Origin: Macrostomum lignano
Taxonomy: Eukaryota
Length of the DNA stretch: 64,000 nucleotides
Direction of reading: 5' to 3'
Assembly (NCBI GenBank): GCA_002269645.1
Contig: NIVC01001449.1
Span: 1 to 64,000, forward strand
Below are positions 1 through 12,802 of this stretch, in pieces. The position numbers and the translations under genes were made by a program. How positions within the stretch are numbered: the stretch's first letter is position 1; each line of letters begins with the position of its first letter. The notes under the pieces are model-generated. The model was not told where the DNA came from. It saw only the letters and a list, made by a program, of their open reading frames with translations, and did no database searches.

Positions 1-574
1 TTGAAAATTAGAACACAAATCTTTGCGCAATTGTCTATACAAGTCAGCCAGTGAGCCAGGTCCGATTGTACACAGGCAGCCATTTAGAACGCCCCATCCC
101 CCACTGGAGAGAAAATACACTGCAGAGATAGGGAAAAGTTGTGGCGCGCAATCACTTGAAATTCATGCAAATTTCAGCTCCAAGCAGAAAGAGGGGACAA
201 TTAAGATTATCAAAGGTCAAGACCGCCGTTTTCTGCTTTTTTGAGGATCTTAGAAATTAAAATTTCAGAATTAAATAGCCTATAGCCGACCTCGGATAAT
301 TTCCAATTTCCCATATAAGTTTCAACGCTGAGTTGGCACTATTCAAGGAGGAGTTGTCGAAATGACAGACAGACAGACAGACAAACAACACGTCAACTTA
401 GTATATATAGAGAGTGGAACTCCTCCTTCGGAGGAGAAAGGGAAAACTCCCATCACCGGAATTCCATTCCTGAATTATCCATCAACTGAAATTCCATGTC
501 TTGAACCCCATCTTCCAAATCGTCTCCAAATTCTTTACAAACCTTTCAAAGACCATAGCTCAAAGACTCTTACG

Positions 575-1560
575 TCTCTCATATCTACTCTCCTCCTCTC
601 TTCGCTATTATCGTGACTCGCTTCTCTCTCCTCTCTCTCATCTCATCTCTACCCCTACTCTCTTATTTATCTCTACTCCCTTATTTATCTCTTTCCCTCG
701 TCTTTCTTCTGTACACTCTCCTGTCTACTCTCCTATCTTCTATCTTATCTCTCCCCTTTTCTCTCCTCTCTCATATCTCATCTCTAATCACTTACTATTC
801 GTCTCGCTCTACTTTCTCTCTTCCCTTTTCTCTCTTCTCTCTGCTCTCATTTCTCGTATCTCTTATACGCTCTAACCTCTCCTTTCTTATCTCCATTTTT
901 CTTCCCTCCTTTCTACTGCATCACCTGTCTCCTCTCTCTCCATTCTCTCTTCTCTCCTCTCTCTCCTCTCATCTGTACTATCTTATTATCTCTTCTCCAG
1001 GTCTTTCAAATTTACTCTCTCCTGTCTCCTCTCTCCCCTCGTCTTTCCTCTCTCATATCTCTTCTCTACTCACTTATCTATTCTCTCTCCTCTGCTCCCT
1101 TTTACACTTTCGTATATGCTCTCACTCTCACCTCTCCTTTCTTATCTGTTTTTTACACTCCTTTCTACCACCTGTCTCCTCTCGTTTCTCTCCTCTCTGC
1201 ACTCTCATCTTTACCCTCTTCTTTCTCCTCACTACTTTCTTCTCTAAATCTCTGATCTCTGATCTTTCATCTCTCTCCTCTACCTCTTACCTCTATCCTC
1301 TCTTTCCTCTTCTATTGCCTCTGTACACTCTTATCCCTCCTTTCTTCTCTCTCCTGTCTCTCTCTGCTATACTCATATCTCCTCTCTCATATCCTCTCCT
1401 TCATCTCCTCTCTCCTCTTCTCTTCTCTCTCCTTCGTTCCCGCCTTACTCCCCTCTTCTCTCCCATCTGTCATGTCTAATCTCTCCACTCATTTCTACTC
1501 TGTTTCTATCATTTCATCTCTCTTCTCTTTTCATTCTTCTCTTTACTCTCTTCTCTGACT
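575..1560 (+). repeat. Polypyrimidine (CT-rich) low-complexity tract, unit 1; homologous tracts at ~2820-3690, ~5670-6680 and ~7975-8975
   Basis: The + strand is very C/T-rich with few G; it generates the spurious Leu/Ser-rich ORFs. Confidence 0.9.
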
Positions 1561-1703
1561 GATTGAAGATGCCAAATCTATCAAGATCCTCTCCACGAAA
1601 CAGAAATCCTCTCCGTCAAAATTAAAACATTGAAATCGTCTCCGCTAAACTGGACTCAATCGAATTTTTTCCGTCAAACAACTCAACTCTCCGGATTCAT
1701 TGG

Positions 1704-1737
1704 TTAGGGTTAGGGTTAGGGTTAGGGTTAGGGTTAG
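1704..1737 (+). repeat. Interstitial telomeric repeat (TTAGGG)5+TTAG
   Basis: Read directly from sequence. Confidence 0.95.
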
Positions 1738-4143
1738 AACTACGCACAGCTTCGTGTTAAAAGGACTGATAAAAATATTGAACTAATTGAATCAATTCAT
1801 TGCGCAACGATTTCACAGTCAGTCAGTATTAGTCTCAGTTAAAGTTAACAAAAAAAATTGCGCAATCTAAATCAACCTCCAATACACAGCAGCTGTGAGA
1901 AGTTAACCCTCCCCCAACTTTATCTCTTACGTCTCGCAAAACTGAGTACAATTTATGCAGAAAGTTAAAAGTATGGAAATAGTTTTTAAATGCGGTGCTT
2001 TTTCTTTTCATATTTAAAGCAAACAACTTATATCCCTAAACTCAGCGTTGCAAGATCTCTCAGCAATATAAGTCTCTCCTCTCAAAGTTTAAAACTCGAG
2101 GAACAGTTAGGGTTTGAAACTGTCTGATTTATAGCATTGAAGTATCGAGTGTACGTTCACTGCCTGCTTGCAAGTTGATGATTGAATTTCAATGTCCAAC
2201 AAATACACAGGGCTGCCCATTGAAAGGCAGGAAAACTTATCAGTAGCCATATCATTGCGCAATTATCTATACAGTCAGCCAGTGAGCCAGGGTCCAAGTG
2301 TACACACGCAGCCACTGAGAACGCTCCCACCCCACTGGAAAGAAAATACACTACAGAGATAGGGAAAAGTTGTAGCGCAATCACTAAAAATTCATGCATT
2401 TTTTTCAGCTCCGAGCAGAAAGAGGAGACAAATAAGATTATCAAAGGTCAAGATTAGAGTTTTCTGCTTTTTTGAGGATCTTAGAAATTAAAAATTTTCA
2501 GAATTAAAATAGCCTATAGCCGACCTCGGATAATTTCCAATCTTCCCATATAAGTTTCAACGCTGAGTTGCACTATTCAAGGAGGAGTTGTCGAAATGAC
2601 AGACAGACATACAGACAGACATACAGACAGACAAAAACGCGTCAACTTTAGTATATACGAGTGGAACTCCTCCTTCGGAGGAGAAAGGGGAAGAACTCCC
2701 ATCACTGGAATTCTATTCCCTGAAATATCCATCAACTGAAATTCCATGTCTTTAACCCTATCTTCCAAATCGTCTCCAAATTCTTTACAAAATCTTTCAA
2801 AGACCATAGCTCAAAGACTCTCAAGTCTCTCATATCTCCTCTCTCCTCTCTCTCATCTCATCTCTACTCCTGCTCCTTATTTATCTTTCTCCCTCGTCTT
2901 CGTCTGTACCTTCTCCTGTCTTCTGTCTCCTCTCTTCACTCTTATCTCTCCCTCTTCTCTCCTCTCTCATATGTCATCTTCCTTACTTATCTATCGTCTC
3001 TCTTAACCCTCTCTCTCTTCTCTTTTCTCTCCTATCTGTTCTCATTTCTCATATCTTCATATACGCTCTCACACTCTACTTTCTTGTCTCCCATCTTTCT
3101 TTCCTCCTTACCACTATCCCCTGTCTCTTCTCTTCTCTCTTTTCTATCCTTCTCCATTCTCTTATCTCTCCTCTCCTCACTACTTTCATTCTCTTAACTC
3201 TCTTATCTCTGATCTTTCATCTCTTTCCTCTCTCCTCTCTCTCTCTCTTCTCCTCTCGCTTCTCTCTCTTCTCTCTCGCCTCTCATCTATACTACCTTAT
3301 TTATATTTTCTCCCTGGTTTTCGTCTCTACTCTCTCCTGTCTCATTTCTCCCCTCTTTTCTCCTCTCTTCTCTCTCCCCTCCTCTCTCATCTCTCATCCC
3401 TCATCTCACTCCTTCTTTCTCCTCTACTCTCCCCTCTTTTCTATTACCTCTGTACGCTCTTATCCCTCATCTCTATTCTCTCTCCTATCATCTCTCTTGT
3501 CTCCCTCTGCTATCTCATATCTCCTCTCGTCTCCTCTCTTCTCTTCTCTTCTCTCTCCTTCGTTCCCGCCTTACTCACCTCTTCTCTCCCATCTGTCATG
3601 TCTAATCTCTCGTCTCATTTCTACTCTGTTTTCTACCATCTCATCTCATCTCTCTTCTCTTTTCATTCTTCTCTTTACTCTCTTCTCTGACTGATTGAAG
3701 ATGCCAAATCTATCAAGATTTCTCCGCGAAGCAGAAATCCTGTCCGTGCAACTGAAAACCATCGAAATCCTCTCCGTGAAACTGGACTCCTTCGAAATCC
3801 TCTCCGTGAAACTGGACTCCTTCGAAATCCTCTCCGTGAAACTGGACTCTTCGAAATCCTCTCCGTGAAACTGGACTCCTTCGAATCCTCTCCTTGAAAC
3901 TTAAATCCATCAAAATCGTCGCCATAAAGCAGAAATCAATCATTAATTATCTCCGCGAAACAGAAATCCTCTCCGTGAGGCTGAACATCATCAAAATCCT
4001 CTCCGTGAAACTGAACGCCATCGAAATCCTCTCCACGAAACAGAAATCCTCTCCGTCAAAATTAAAACATTGAAATCGTCTCCGCTAAACTGGACTCAAT
4101 CGAATTTTTTCCGTCAAACAACTCAACTCTCCGGATTCATTGG

Positions 4144-4189
4144 TTAGGGTTAGGGTTAGGGTTAGGGTTAGGGTTAGGGTTAGGGTTAG
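4144..4189 (+). repeat. Interstitial telomeric repeat (TTAGGG)7+TTAG
   Basis: Read directly from sequence. Confidence 0.95.
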
Positions 4190-6884
4190 AACTACGCACA
4201 GGTTTGTGTTAAAAGGCACTGATAAAAATATTGAACTAATTGAATCAATTATTTCACAGTCAGTCAGTCAATCTAAATCAACCCTCCAATACACAGCAGC
4301 AGTGAGAAGTTGAACCCTCCCCCAACTTTATCTATTACGTCTCGCAAAACTGATTACAATTTTTGCAAAAAGTTAAAAGTATGGGAATAGTTTTCCCAAT
4401 GAAAAGCTTTTAGTTTTCATATAGAAAGCAAACAACTTATATCCTCGAACTCAGCGTTGCAAGATCTTTCCAGCAATATAAGTTTCTCCTCTCAAAGTTT
4501 AAAACTCGAGGAACAGTTAGCGTTTGAAATTTACCGATTTCCCGACTGCTTGCTAGAGAAGCTCGCAAGTTTATTCATTGAATTTCACTGCCTAGCTAAT
4601 ACACAGGGCCGATAATAAAAAAGTGAACCAATTGAATCAATTGATTGCGCAATATATTTCTGTGTTAGTCAGTATAAGTCTCAGTTAAAGTTAACAAAAA
4701 GTTTGCGCAATCTAATCAACCCTCCAATACAAAGCAACTGACCCCCTTCCTATACACAGCGCCAGTTAGAAGTCGAAACCCCCAACTTTATCTCTCACCT
4801 CTCGCCAAAATGAGTACAATCTTTGCAGAAAGTTTAAAGTATGGAAATAGTTTTTGCAATGCAGAGCTTTTAGTTTTCATATTTGAAGCAAACAATTTAT
4901 ATCCCTGAAATCAGCTTTGCAAGTTCTATCCAGCAATATAAATTTTTTTTCTCAAAGTTAAAAACTCGAGCAACAGTTTGCGTTTGAAACTTTCTGATTT
5001 AAAGCATTGAAATATCGATTGTACGTTCACTGCCTGCTAAAGAGGCCCGCAAGTTTATGCATTGAATTTCAACGTTCAACAAAATCACATGGCTGCCTAT
5101 TGAAAATTAGAACACAAATCTTTGCGCAATTGTCTATACAGTCAGCCAGTGAGCCAGGGTCCGATTGTACACAGGCAGCCATTTAGAACGCCCCATCCCC
5201 CCACTGGAGAGAAAATACACTGCAGAGATAGGGAAAAGTTGTGGCGCAATCACTTGAAATTCATGCAAATTTTCAGCTCCAAGCAGAAAGAGGGGACAAT
5301 TAAGATTATCAAAGGTCAAGACCGCCGTTTTCTGCTTTTTGAGGATCTTAGAAATTAAAATTTCAGAATTAAAATAGCCTATAGCCGACCTCGGATAATT
5401 TCCAATCTTCCCATATAAGTTTCAACGCTGAGTTGGCACTATTCAAGGAGGAGTTGTCGAAATGACAGACAGACAGACAGACAAACAACACGTCAACTTT
5501 AGTATATACGAGTGGAACTCCTCCTTCGGAGGAGAAAGGGGAAGAACTCCCATCACCGGAATTCCATTCCCTGAAATATCCATCAACTGAAATTCCATGT
5601 CTTGAACCCTATCTTCCAAATCGTCTCCAAATTCTTTAGAAAACCTTTCAAAGACCATAGCTCAAAGACTCTCACGTCTCTCATATCTACTCTCTCCACT
5701 CTGTGCTATTATCGTGACTCTCTTCTCTCTCCTCTCTCTCATCTCATCTCTACCCGTACTCCCTTATTTATGTTTTCTCCCTCGTCTTTCGTCTGTACCC
5801 TCTCCTGTCTCTTGTCTCCTCTCTTCTCTCATATCTCTCCTCTTCACTTCTGTCTCCTGTCTCTCTCTTCTCTCTTATCTCTCCCTCTTCTCTCCTCTTT
5901 TATATGTCATCCCTATTCACTTATCTATCGTCTCTCTTAACCCTCTCTCTCTTCTCTTTTCTTTCCTCTCTGCTCTCATTTCTCATATCTCATATACGCT
6001 CTCACACTCCACTTACTTGTCTTCAATCTTTCTTTCCTCCTTTCCACTTTTCCCTGTCTCTTCTCTTCTCTCTTTTCTATCCTCTCCATTCTCTCTTTTC
6101 TCCTCCCCTTTCTCCTTTTATCTTCTCCCCTCTCTTCTCTAATCTCTTCTCTCTTCTCTCTTATGTTCTCACTCATCTCTTATCATCGCATCTCTCATCT
6201 CTCCTCTCCTCACTACTTTCCTCTCTTAACTCTCTTATCTATTTCATCTCTCTCCTCTCTCCTCTTTCTCTTCTCCTCTCGCTTCTTCTCTCGCTTCTCT
6301 CTCCTATCTCTCCTCTCATCTCTACTACCGTATTTATATCTTCTAACTGGTCCTTCGTCTCTACTCTCTCCTTTCTCCTTTCTCCCCTCTTTTCTCCTTT
6401 CTTGTCTCTCATGTCTCCCCTCCTCTCTCATCCCTCATCCCCTCATCTCACTCTTTCTTTCTCCTCTACTCTCCCTCTCTTCTATTTTCTCTGTACGCTC
6501 TTATCCCTAATCTATTTTCTCTCCTCTCTCCTCTTTTCTTCTCTCTCCCTCTTCGTTCCCGCCTAAATCCCCTCTTCTCTCCAATCTGTCATGTCTAATA
6601 TCTCCACTTATTTCTACTCTGTTTTCTATCATCTCATCTCTCTTCTGCTTTCATTCTTCTCTTTACTCTTTTCTCTGACTGATTGAAGATGCAAAATCCA
6701 TCAAGATCCTCTCCGCGAAGCAGAAATCCTGTCCGTGCAACTGAAAACCATCGAAATCCTCTCCGTGAAACTGGACTCCTTCGAAATCCTTTCCGTGAAA
6801 CTGAAAACCATCGAAATTCTCTCTTTTAAACTGGACTCAATCGAAATTTTCTCCGTCAAAAAAATAAATATCAGGATTCATTGG

Positions 6885-6914
6885 TTAGGGTTATTGTTAG
6901 GGTTAGGGTTAGGG
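6885..6914 (+). repeat. Degenerate interstitial telomeric repeat TTAGGG TTATTG (TTAGGG)3
   Basis: Read directly from sequence. Confidence 0.9.
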
Positions 6915-9337
6915 TTAAAGCTACACACAGCTGCGTGTTCAAATAAAAATTGAACCAATTGAATCAATTGATTGCGCAACCGATTTCTCAGTCAGTCAGT
7001 ATCAGTCTCAGTTAAAGTTAAGAAAAACATTGCGCAATCTAAATCAACCCTCCAATACACAGCAGCAGTGAGAAGTTGAACTCTCCCCCAACTTTATCTA
7101 TTACGTCTCGCAAAACTGAGTACAATTTTTGCAGAAAGTTAAAAGTATGGAAATAGTTTTTTCAATGCTGTGCTTTTTATTTTCATATTTAAAGCAAACA
7201 ATTTATATCCCTGAAATCAGCTTTGCAAGTTCTTTCCAGCAATATTAATTTTTTCTCTCAAAGTTAAAAACTCGAGCAACAGTTAGCGTTTGAAACTTTC
7301 TGATTTAAAGCATTGAAATATCAATTGTACGTTCACTGCCTGCTAAAGAGGCCCGCAAGTTTATGCATTGAATTTCAAGGTTCAACAAAATCACAGGGCT
7401 GCCTATTGAAAATTAGAACACAAATCTTTGCGCAATTGTCTATACAGTCAGCCAGTGAGCCAGGGTCCGATTGTACACAGGCAGCCATTTAGAACGCCCC
7501 ATCCCCCCACTGGAGAGAAAATACACTGCAGAGATAGGGAAAAGTTGTGGCGCAATCACTTGAAATTCATGCAAATTTTCAGCTCCAAGCAGAAAGAGGG
7601 GACAATTAAGATTATCAAAGGTCAAGACCGCCGTTTTCTGCTGTTTTGAGGATCTTAGAAATTAAAATTTCAGAATTAAAATAGCCTATAGCCGACCTCG
7701 GATAATTTCCAATCTTCCCATATAAGTTTCAACGCTGAGTTGCCACTATTCAAGGAGGAGTTGTCGAAATGACACACAGACAGACAAACAACGCGTCAAC
7801 TTTAGTATATACGAGTGGAACTCCTCCTTCGGAGGAGAAAGGGGAAGAACTCCCATCACCGGAATTCCATTCCCTGAAATATCCATCAACTGAAATTCCA
7901 TGTCTTGAACCCTATCTTCCAAATCGTCTCCAAATTCTTTATAAAACCTTTCAAAGCCCATAGCTTAAAGACTCTCACGTCTCTCATATCTCCTCTCTCC
8001 TCTCTTCGCTATTATCGTGACTCTCTTCTCTCTCCTCTCTCTCATCTCATCTCTACCCCTACTCCCTTATTTATCTCTTCTCCCTCGTCTTTCGTTTGTA
8101 CCCTCTCCTGTCTCTTGTCTCATCTCTTCTCTCATATCTCTCCTCTTCACTTCTGTCTCCTGTCTCCTCTCTCCTCTCTTATCTCTCCCTCTTCTCTCCT
8201 CTCTCATATGTCATCTCTACTCACTTATCTATCGTCTCCGCTCTACTTTCTCTCTTCCCTTTTCTCTCTTCTCTCTGCTCTCATTTCTCGTATCTCTTAT
8301 ACGCTCTCACCCTCTCCTTTCTTATCTACCATCTTTCTTCCCTCCTTTCTACTGCATCACCTGTCTCCTCTCCTCTCTTTTATCTCCTCTCCATTCTCTC
8401 TTCTCTCCTCTTATCTCCCCTCATCTCTTCTCTAATCTCTAATCTCTCCTCTCTCATATCTCTTCTCTACTCACTTATCTATTCTCTCTCCTCTGCTCCC
8501 CTTTTACACTTTCCTATATGCTCTCACTCTCACCCTCCCCTTTCTTATCTTATGTTTTTTACACTCCTTTCTACCACCTGTCTCCTCTCGTTTCTCTCCT
8601 CTCTGCACTCTCATCTTTACCCTCTTCTTTCTCCTCACTACTTTCTTCTCTTAAATCTCTGATCTCTGATCTTTCATCTCTCTCCTCTCACCTCTCACCT
8701 CTCTCCTCTCTTTCCTCTCTTCTATTGCCTCTGTGCGCTCTTATCCCTCCTTTCTTTTCGCTCCTGTCTCCTCTCTGCTATCTCATATCTCCTCTCTCAT
8801 ATCCTCTCCCTTCATCTCCTCTCTCCTCTTCTCTTCTCTCTTCCTTCGTTCCCGCCTTACTACCCTCTTCTCTCCCATCTGTCATGTCTAATCTCTCCAC
8901 TCATTTCTACTCTGTTTTCTATCATCTCATCTCTCTTCTCTTTTCATTCTTCTCTTTACTCTCTTCTCTGACTGATTGAAGATGCCAAATCCATCAAGAT
9001 CCTCTCCGCGAAGCAGAAATCCTGTCCGTGCAACTGAAAACCATCGAAATCCTCTCCGTGAAACTGGACTCCTTCGAAATCCTCTCATTGAAACTTAAAT
9101 CCATCAAAATCATCTCCATAAACAGAAATCAATCATAAATTATCTCCGCGAAACAGAAATCCTCTCCGTGAAGCTGAACATCATCGAAATCCTCTCCGTG
9201 AAACTGAACACCATCGAAATCCTCTCCACGAAACAGAAATCCTCTCCGTCAAAATTAAAACATTGAAATCGTCTCCACTAAACTGGACTCAATCTAATTT
9301 TTTGCCGTCAAACAACTCAACTCTCCGGATTCATTGG

Positions 9338-9359
9338 TTAGGGTTAGGGTTAGGGTTAG
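9338..9359 (+). repeat. Interstitial telomeric repeat (TTAGGG)3+TTAG
   Basis: Read directly from sequence. Confidence 0.9.
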
Positions 9360-10499
9360 AACGCACAGCTTCGTGTAAAAAGGCACAGATAAAAATATTG
9401 AACTAATTGAATCAATTCATTGCGCAACCGATTTCACAGTCAGTCAGTATCAGCCTCAGGTAAAGTTAACAAAAACATTGCGCAATCTAAATCAACCCTC
9501 CAATACACAGCAGCAGTGAGAAGTTGAACCCTCCCCCCAACAATCTTTGCAGATTAAAGTACAATCTTTGCAGAAAGTTAAAAGTATGGAAATAGTTTTT
9601 CAAATGCTGTGCTTTTTCTTTTCATATTTAAAGCAAACAACTTACATCCCCGAACTCAGCGTGGCAAGATCTTGCCAGCAATATAAGTTTCTCCTCTCAA
9701 AGTTTGAAACTCGAGGAACAGTTAGCGTTTGAAACTGTCTGATTTATAGCATTGAAGTATCGAGTGTACGTTCACTGCCTGCTTGCAAGTTGATGCATTG
9801 AATTTCAATGTCCAACAAATACACAGGACTGCCCATTGAAAGGCAGGAAAACTTATCAGTAGCCATATCATTGCGCAATTATCTATAAAGTCAGCCAGTG
9901 AGCCAGGGTCCAAGTGTACACACGCAGCCACTGAGAACGCTCCCACCCCCACTGGAAAGAAAATACACTACAGAGATAGGGAAAAGTTGTGGCGCAATCA
10001 CTAAAAATTCATGCATTTTTTCAGCTCCAAGCAGAAAGAGGGGACAATTAAGATTATCAAAGGTCAAGATTCAAGTTTTCTGCTTTTTTGAGGATCTTAG
10101 AAATTAAAATTTCAGAATTAAAATAGCCTATAGCCGACCTCGGATAATTTCCAATCTTCCCATATAAGTTTCAACGCTGAGTTGCCACTATTCAAGGAGG
10201 AGTTGTCGAAATGACACACACACACACACACACACAGACAGACAGACAAACAACACGTCAACTTTAGTATTAAGATAGATAGATAGATTTTTATTCCCGT
10301 TAAGAAGCTTTGATAATGCTAAATTATTTGGCTTAATATTGTATGCAAAATTTAAATTAGGGTGCCAATCATTTTTGCACAGATTTTTGTGCTAACACTC
10401 AAATTTCAGCGAGAATCAGTAGCGAATAGGCGGCAGCTTTAAAACTGACCTCAGTTGGGCTGACTGCCGATATGTATCGAAGCTTTTGCATCTTGCGAA

Positions 10500-10580
10500 G
10501 ACAGACAGACACAGACAGACAGACACTAACACTAAGACAGGCAGACAGACAGACAGGCACTAACCCTAAGACAGGCAGGC

Positions 10581-10625
<45 letters not shown>

Positions 10626-10684
10626 CAGACAGACACACTCAAACAGACAGACACAAACAGACAGACAGACAGACACAGACAGAC

Positions 10685-10723
<39 letters not shown>

Positions 10724-10739
10724 CAGACAGACAGACAGA
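10500..10739. repeat. (GACA)n/(CA)n compound microsatellite
   Basis: acagacagac... run directly upstream of the exon at 10755. Confidence 0.95.
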
Positions 10740-10754
10740 AATATTGCTGACCAG

Positions 10755-11066
10755 AGCTTTGTCTCCCCACCACCAGCTGCCCTGGCTCAGACTCAGTCAG
10801 CCGCCCAGCAGCAACCGAAGCCCACTGAGCCGGAGAAGAAAACCAGCGGTCGTAAGCAGCAAAAGTCGAACAGCAAGTCAAAAAAGCAGCAGACTCAGAA
10901 AGAGCAGCAGCAGCCGTCGATTCTTTCGCCACCTCCTGACGAGGCGCTGCGGCCGCCGGCCCTGCCGCTGGTGTGCGCTGGGTCCCGAGTCGGCCGGCTG
11001 CTGGCCCGCTACCACTGCGTGCACGTGGTCAGGGAGCTGCGAAGGACCGCGCCAGACATGCTGCAG
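10755..11066 (+). CDS. Internal coding exon of an unidentified protein (Q/P/K-rich linker, then ...[25 protein letters not shown])
   Basis: Candidate acceptor 'gctgaccag' ending at 10754; open frame RALSPPP...APDMLQ; donor CAG|GTGGGT at 11066/11067; phase 0 matches the next exon. Confidence 0.65.
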
Positions 11067-11115
11067 GTGGGTCTCGAGATCTTGACTGATGATTCCTACA
11101 GACTTTGCCGCTTCT

Positions 11116-12636
11116 AGACACAGAGACCACTGACACTCGCTATAGTGACCATAGAGACACCTGACACTCGCTATAGTGACCATAGAGACACCTGACACTA
11201 ACTATAGTGACCATAGAGACACCTGACACTAACTATAGTGACCACAGAGACACCTGACACTAACTATAGTGACCACAGCGACACCTGACACTAACTATCG
11301 TGACCACAGAGACACCTGACCATAGAGAAACCTGACACTAACCATAGTGACCACAGAGAAACCTGACACTAACTATAGTGACCACAGAGACACCTGACCA
11401 TAGAGAAACCTGACACTAACTATAGTGACCACAGAGACACCTGACACTAACTATAGTGACCACAGAGACACCTGACACTAATTATAGTGACCACAGAGAC
11501 ACCTGACCATAGAGAAACCTGACACTAACTATAGTGACCACAGAGACACCTGACCATAGAGAAACCTGACACTAACTATAGTGACCACAGAGACACCTGA
11601 CCATAGAGAAACCTGACACTAACTATAGTGACCACAGAGACACCTGACCATAGAGAAACCTGACACTAACTATAGTGACCACAGAGACACCTGACACTAA
11701 CTATAGTGACCACAGAGAAACCTGACACTAACTATAGTGACCACAGAGACACCTGACACTAATTATAGTGACCACAGAGACACCTGACCACAGAGACACC
11801 TGACACTAACTATAGTGACCACAGAGACTCCTGACACTAACTATAGTGACCACAGAGACACCTGACACTAACTATAGTGAACACAGAGACACCTGACCAC
11901 AGAGACACCTGACACTAACTATAGTGAACACAGAGACACCTGACCACAGAGACACCTGACACTAACTATAGTGACCATAGAGACACCTGACACTAACTAT
12001 AGTGACCATAGAGACACCTGACACTAACTATAGTGACCATAGAGACACCTGACACTGACTATAGTGACCACAGAGACACCTGACCATAGAGACACCTGAC
12101 CATAGAGACACCTGACACTAACTATAGTGACCACAGAGACACCTGACCATAGAGACACCTGACACTAACTATAGTGACCATAGAGACACCTGACACTAAC
12201 TATAGTGACCACAGAGACACCTGACCATAGAGACACCTGACACTAACTATAGTGACCACAGAGACACCTGACCATAGAGACACCTGACACTAACTATAGT
12301 GACCACAGAGACACCTGACATTAACTTTAGTGACCACAGAGACACCTGACACTGACTATAGTGACCACAGAGACACCTGACACTCACTATAGTGACCATA
12401 GAGACACCTGACACTAACTATAGTGACCATAGAGACACCTGACACTAACTATAGTGACCACAGAGACACCTGACACTAACTATAGTGACCACAGAGACAC
12501 CTGACATTAACTATAGTGACCATAGAGACACCTGACACTAACTACAGTGACCACAGAGAAACCTGACACTAACTATAGTGACCACAGAGACTCCTGACAC
12601 TAACTATAGTGACCACAGAGACACCTGACACTCACT
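11116..12636. repeat. Intronic minisatellite, ~31-bp unit CCTGACACTAACTATAGTGACCACAGAGACA, with 16-bp half units
   Basis: Tens of near-identical copies fill the intron between the 11066 and 12803 splice sites. Confidence 0.95.
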
Positions 12637-12802
12637 AGAGACCGATTGAATAGACCCCTGACAGCCTGTGCAGAACCCTCTGACAAATCTAAAACCTGGC
12701 GCTCCCTACTGGCCATGGAACCCATTTGTGCGGCAAGGGGCTTAGTCCCCAATTGCATTAATATGCGTTACAATATCCTCATCCGCAATGCCCGTCTTCC
12801 AG

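Larger units (their letters stand above)
1..10270. repeat. Tandem array of ~2.4-2.7 kb complex units (AT-rich conserved block + (GACA)n + CT-rich tract + ~30-bp subrepeats + short TTAGGG block); about 4.3 units visible
   Basis: The same blocks recur, e.g. 'cagtcagccagtgagccaggg' near 45, 2275, 5140, 7445 and 9890, and 'gactgattgaagatgc' near 1557, 3690, 6678 and 8970. TTAGGG blocks start at 1704, 4144, 6885 and 9338 (spacings 2440, 2741, 2453). The last unit is truncated at ~10270. Confidence 0.95.

Noticed and set aside
362-8979. Many Leu/Ser-rich 'membrane-like' ORFs
   Set aside because: By-products of CT-rich tracts that lack stop codons; open in several frames at once, with no consistent starts
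1704-9359. True chromosome end
   Set aside because: Blocks are only 3-7 repeats long, have conserved flanks on both sides, and face the gene-containing side
1-10270. Hammerhead ribozyme / retrozyme in the satellite unit
   Set aside because: No CUGANGA core found on either strand by eye; only a small conserved hairpin (CTCCTCCTTCGGAGGAG) was seen. A covariance-model scan would be needed to exclude other ribozymes.
10271-10300. 3' tail of a minus-strand LINE (AATAAA followed by (ATCT)3) at the satellite junction
   Set aside because: Too short, with no adjacent LINE coding sequence to support it
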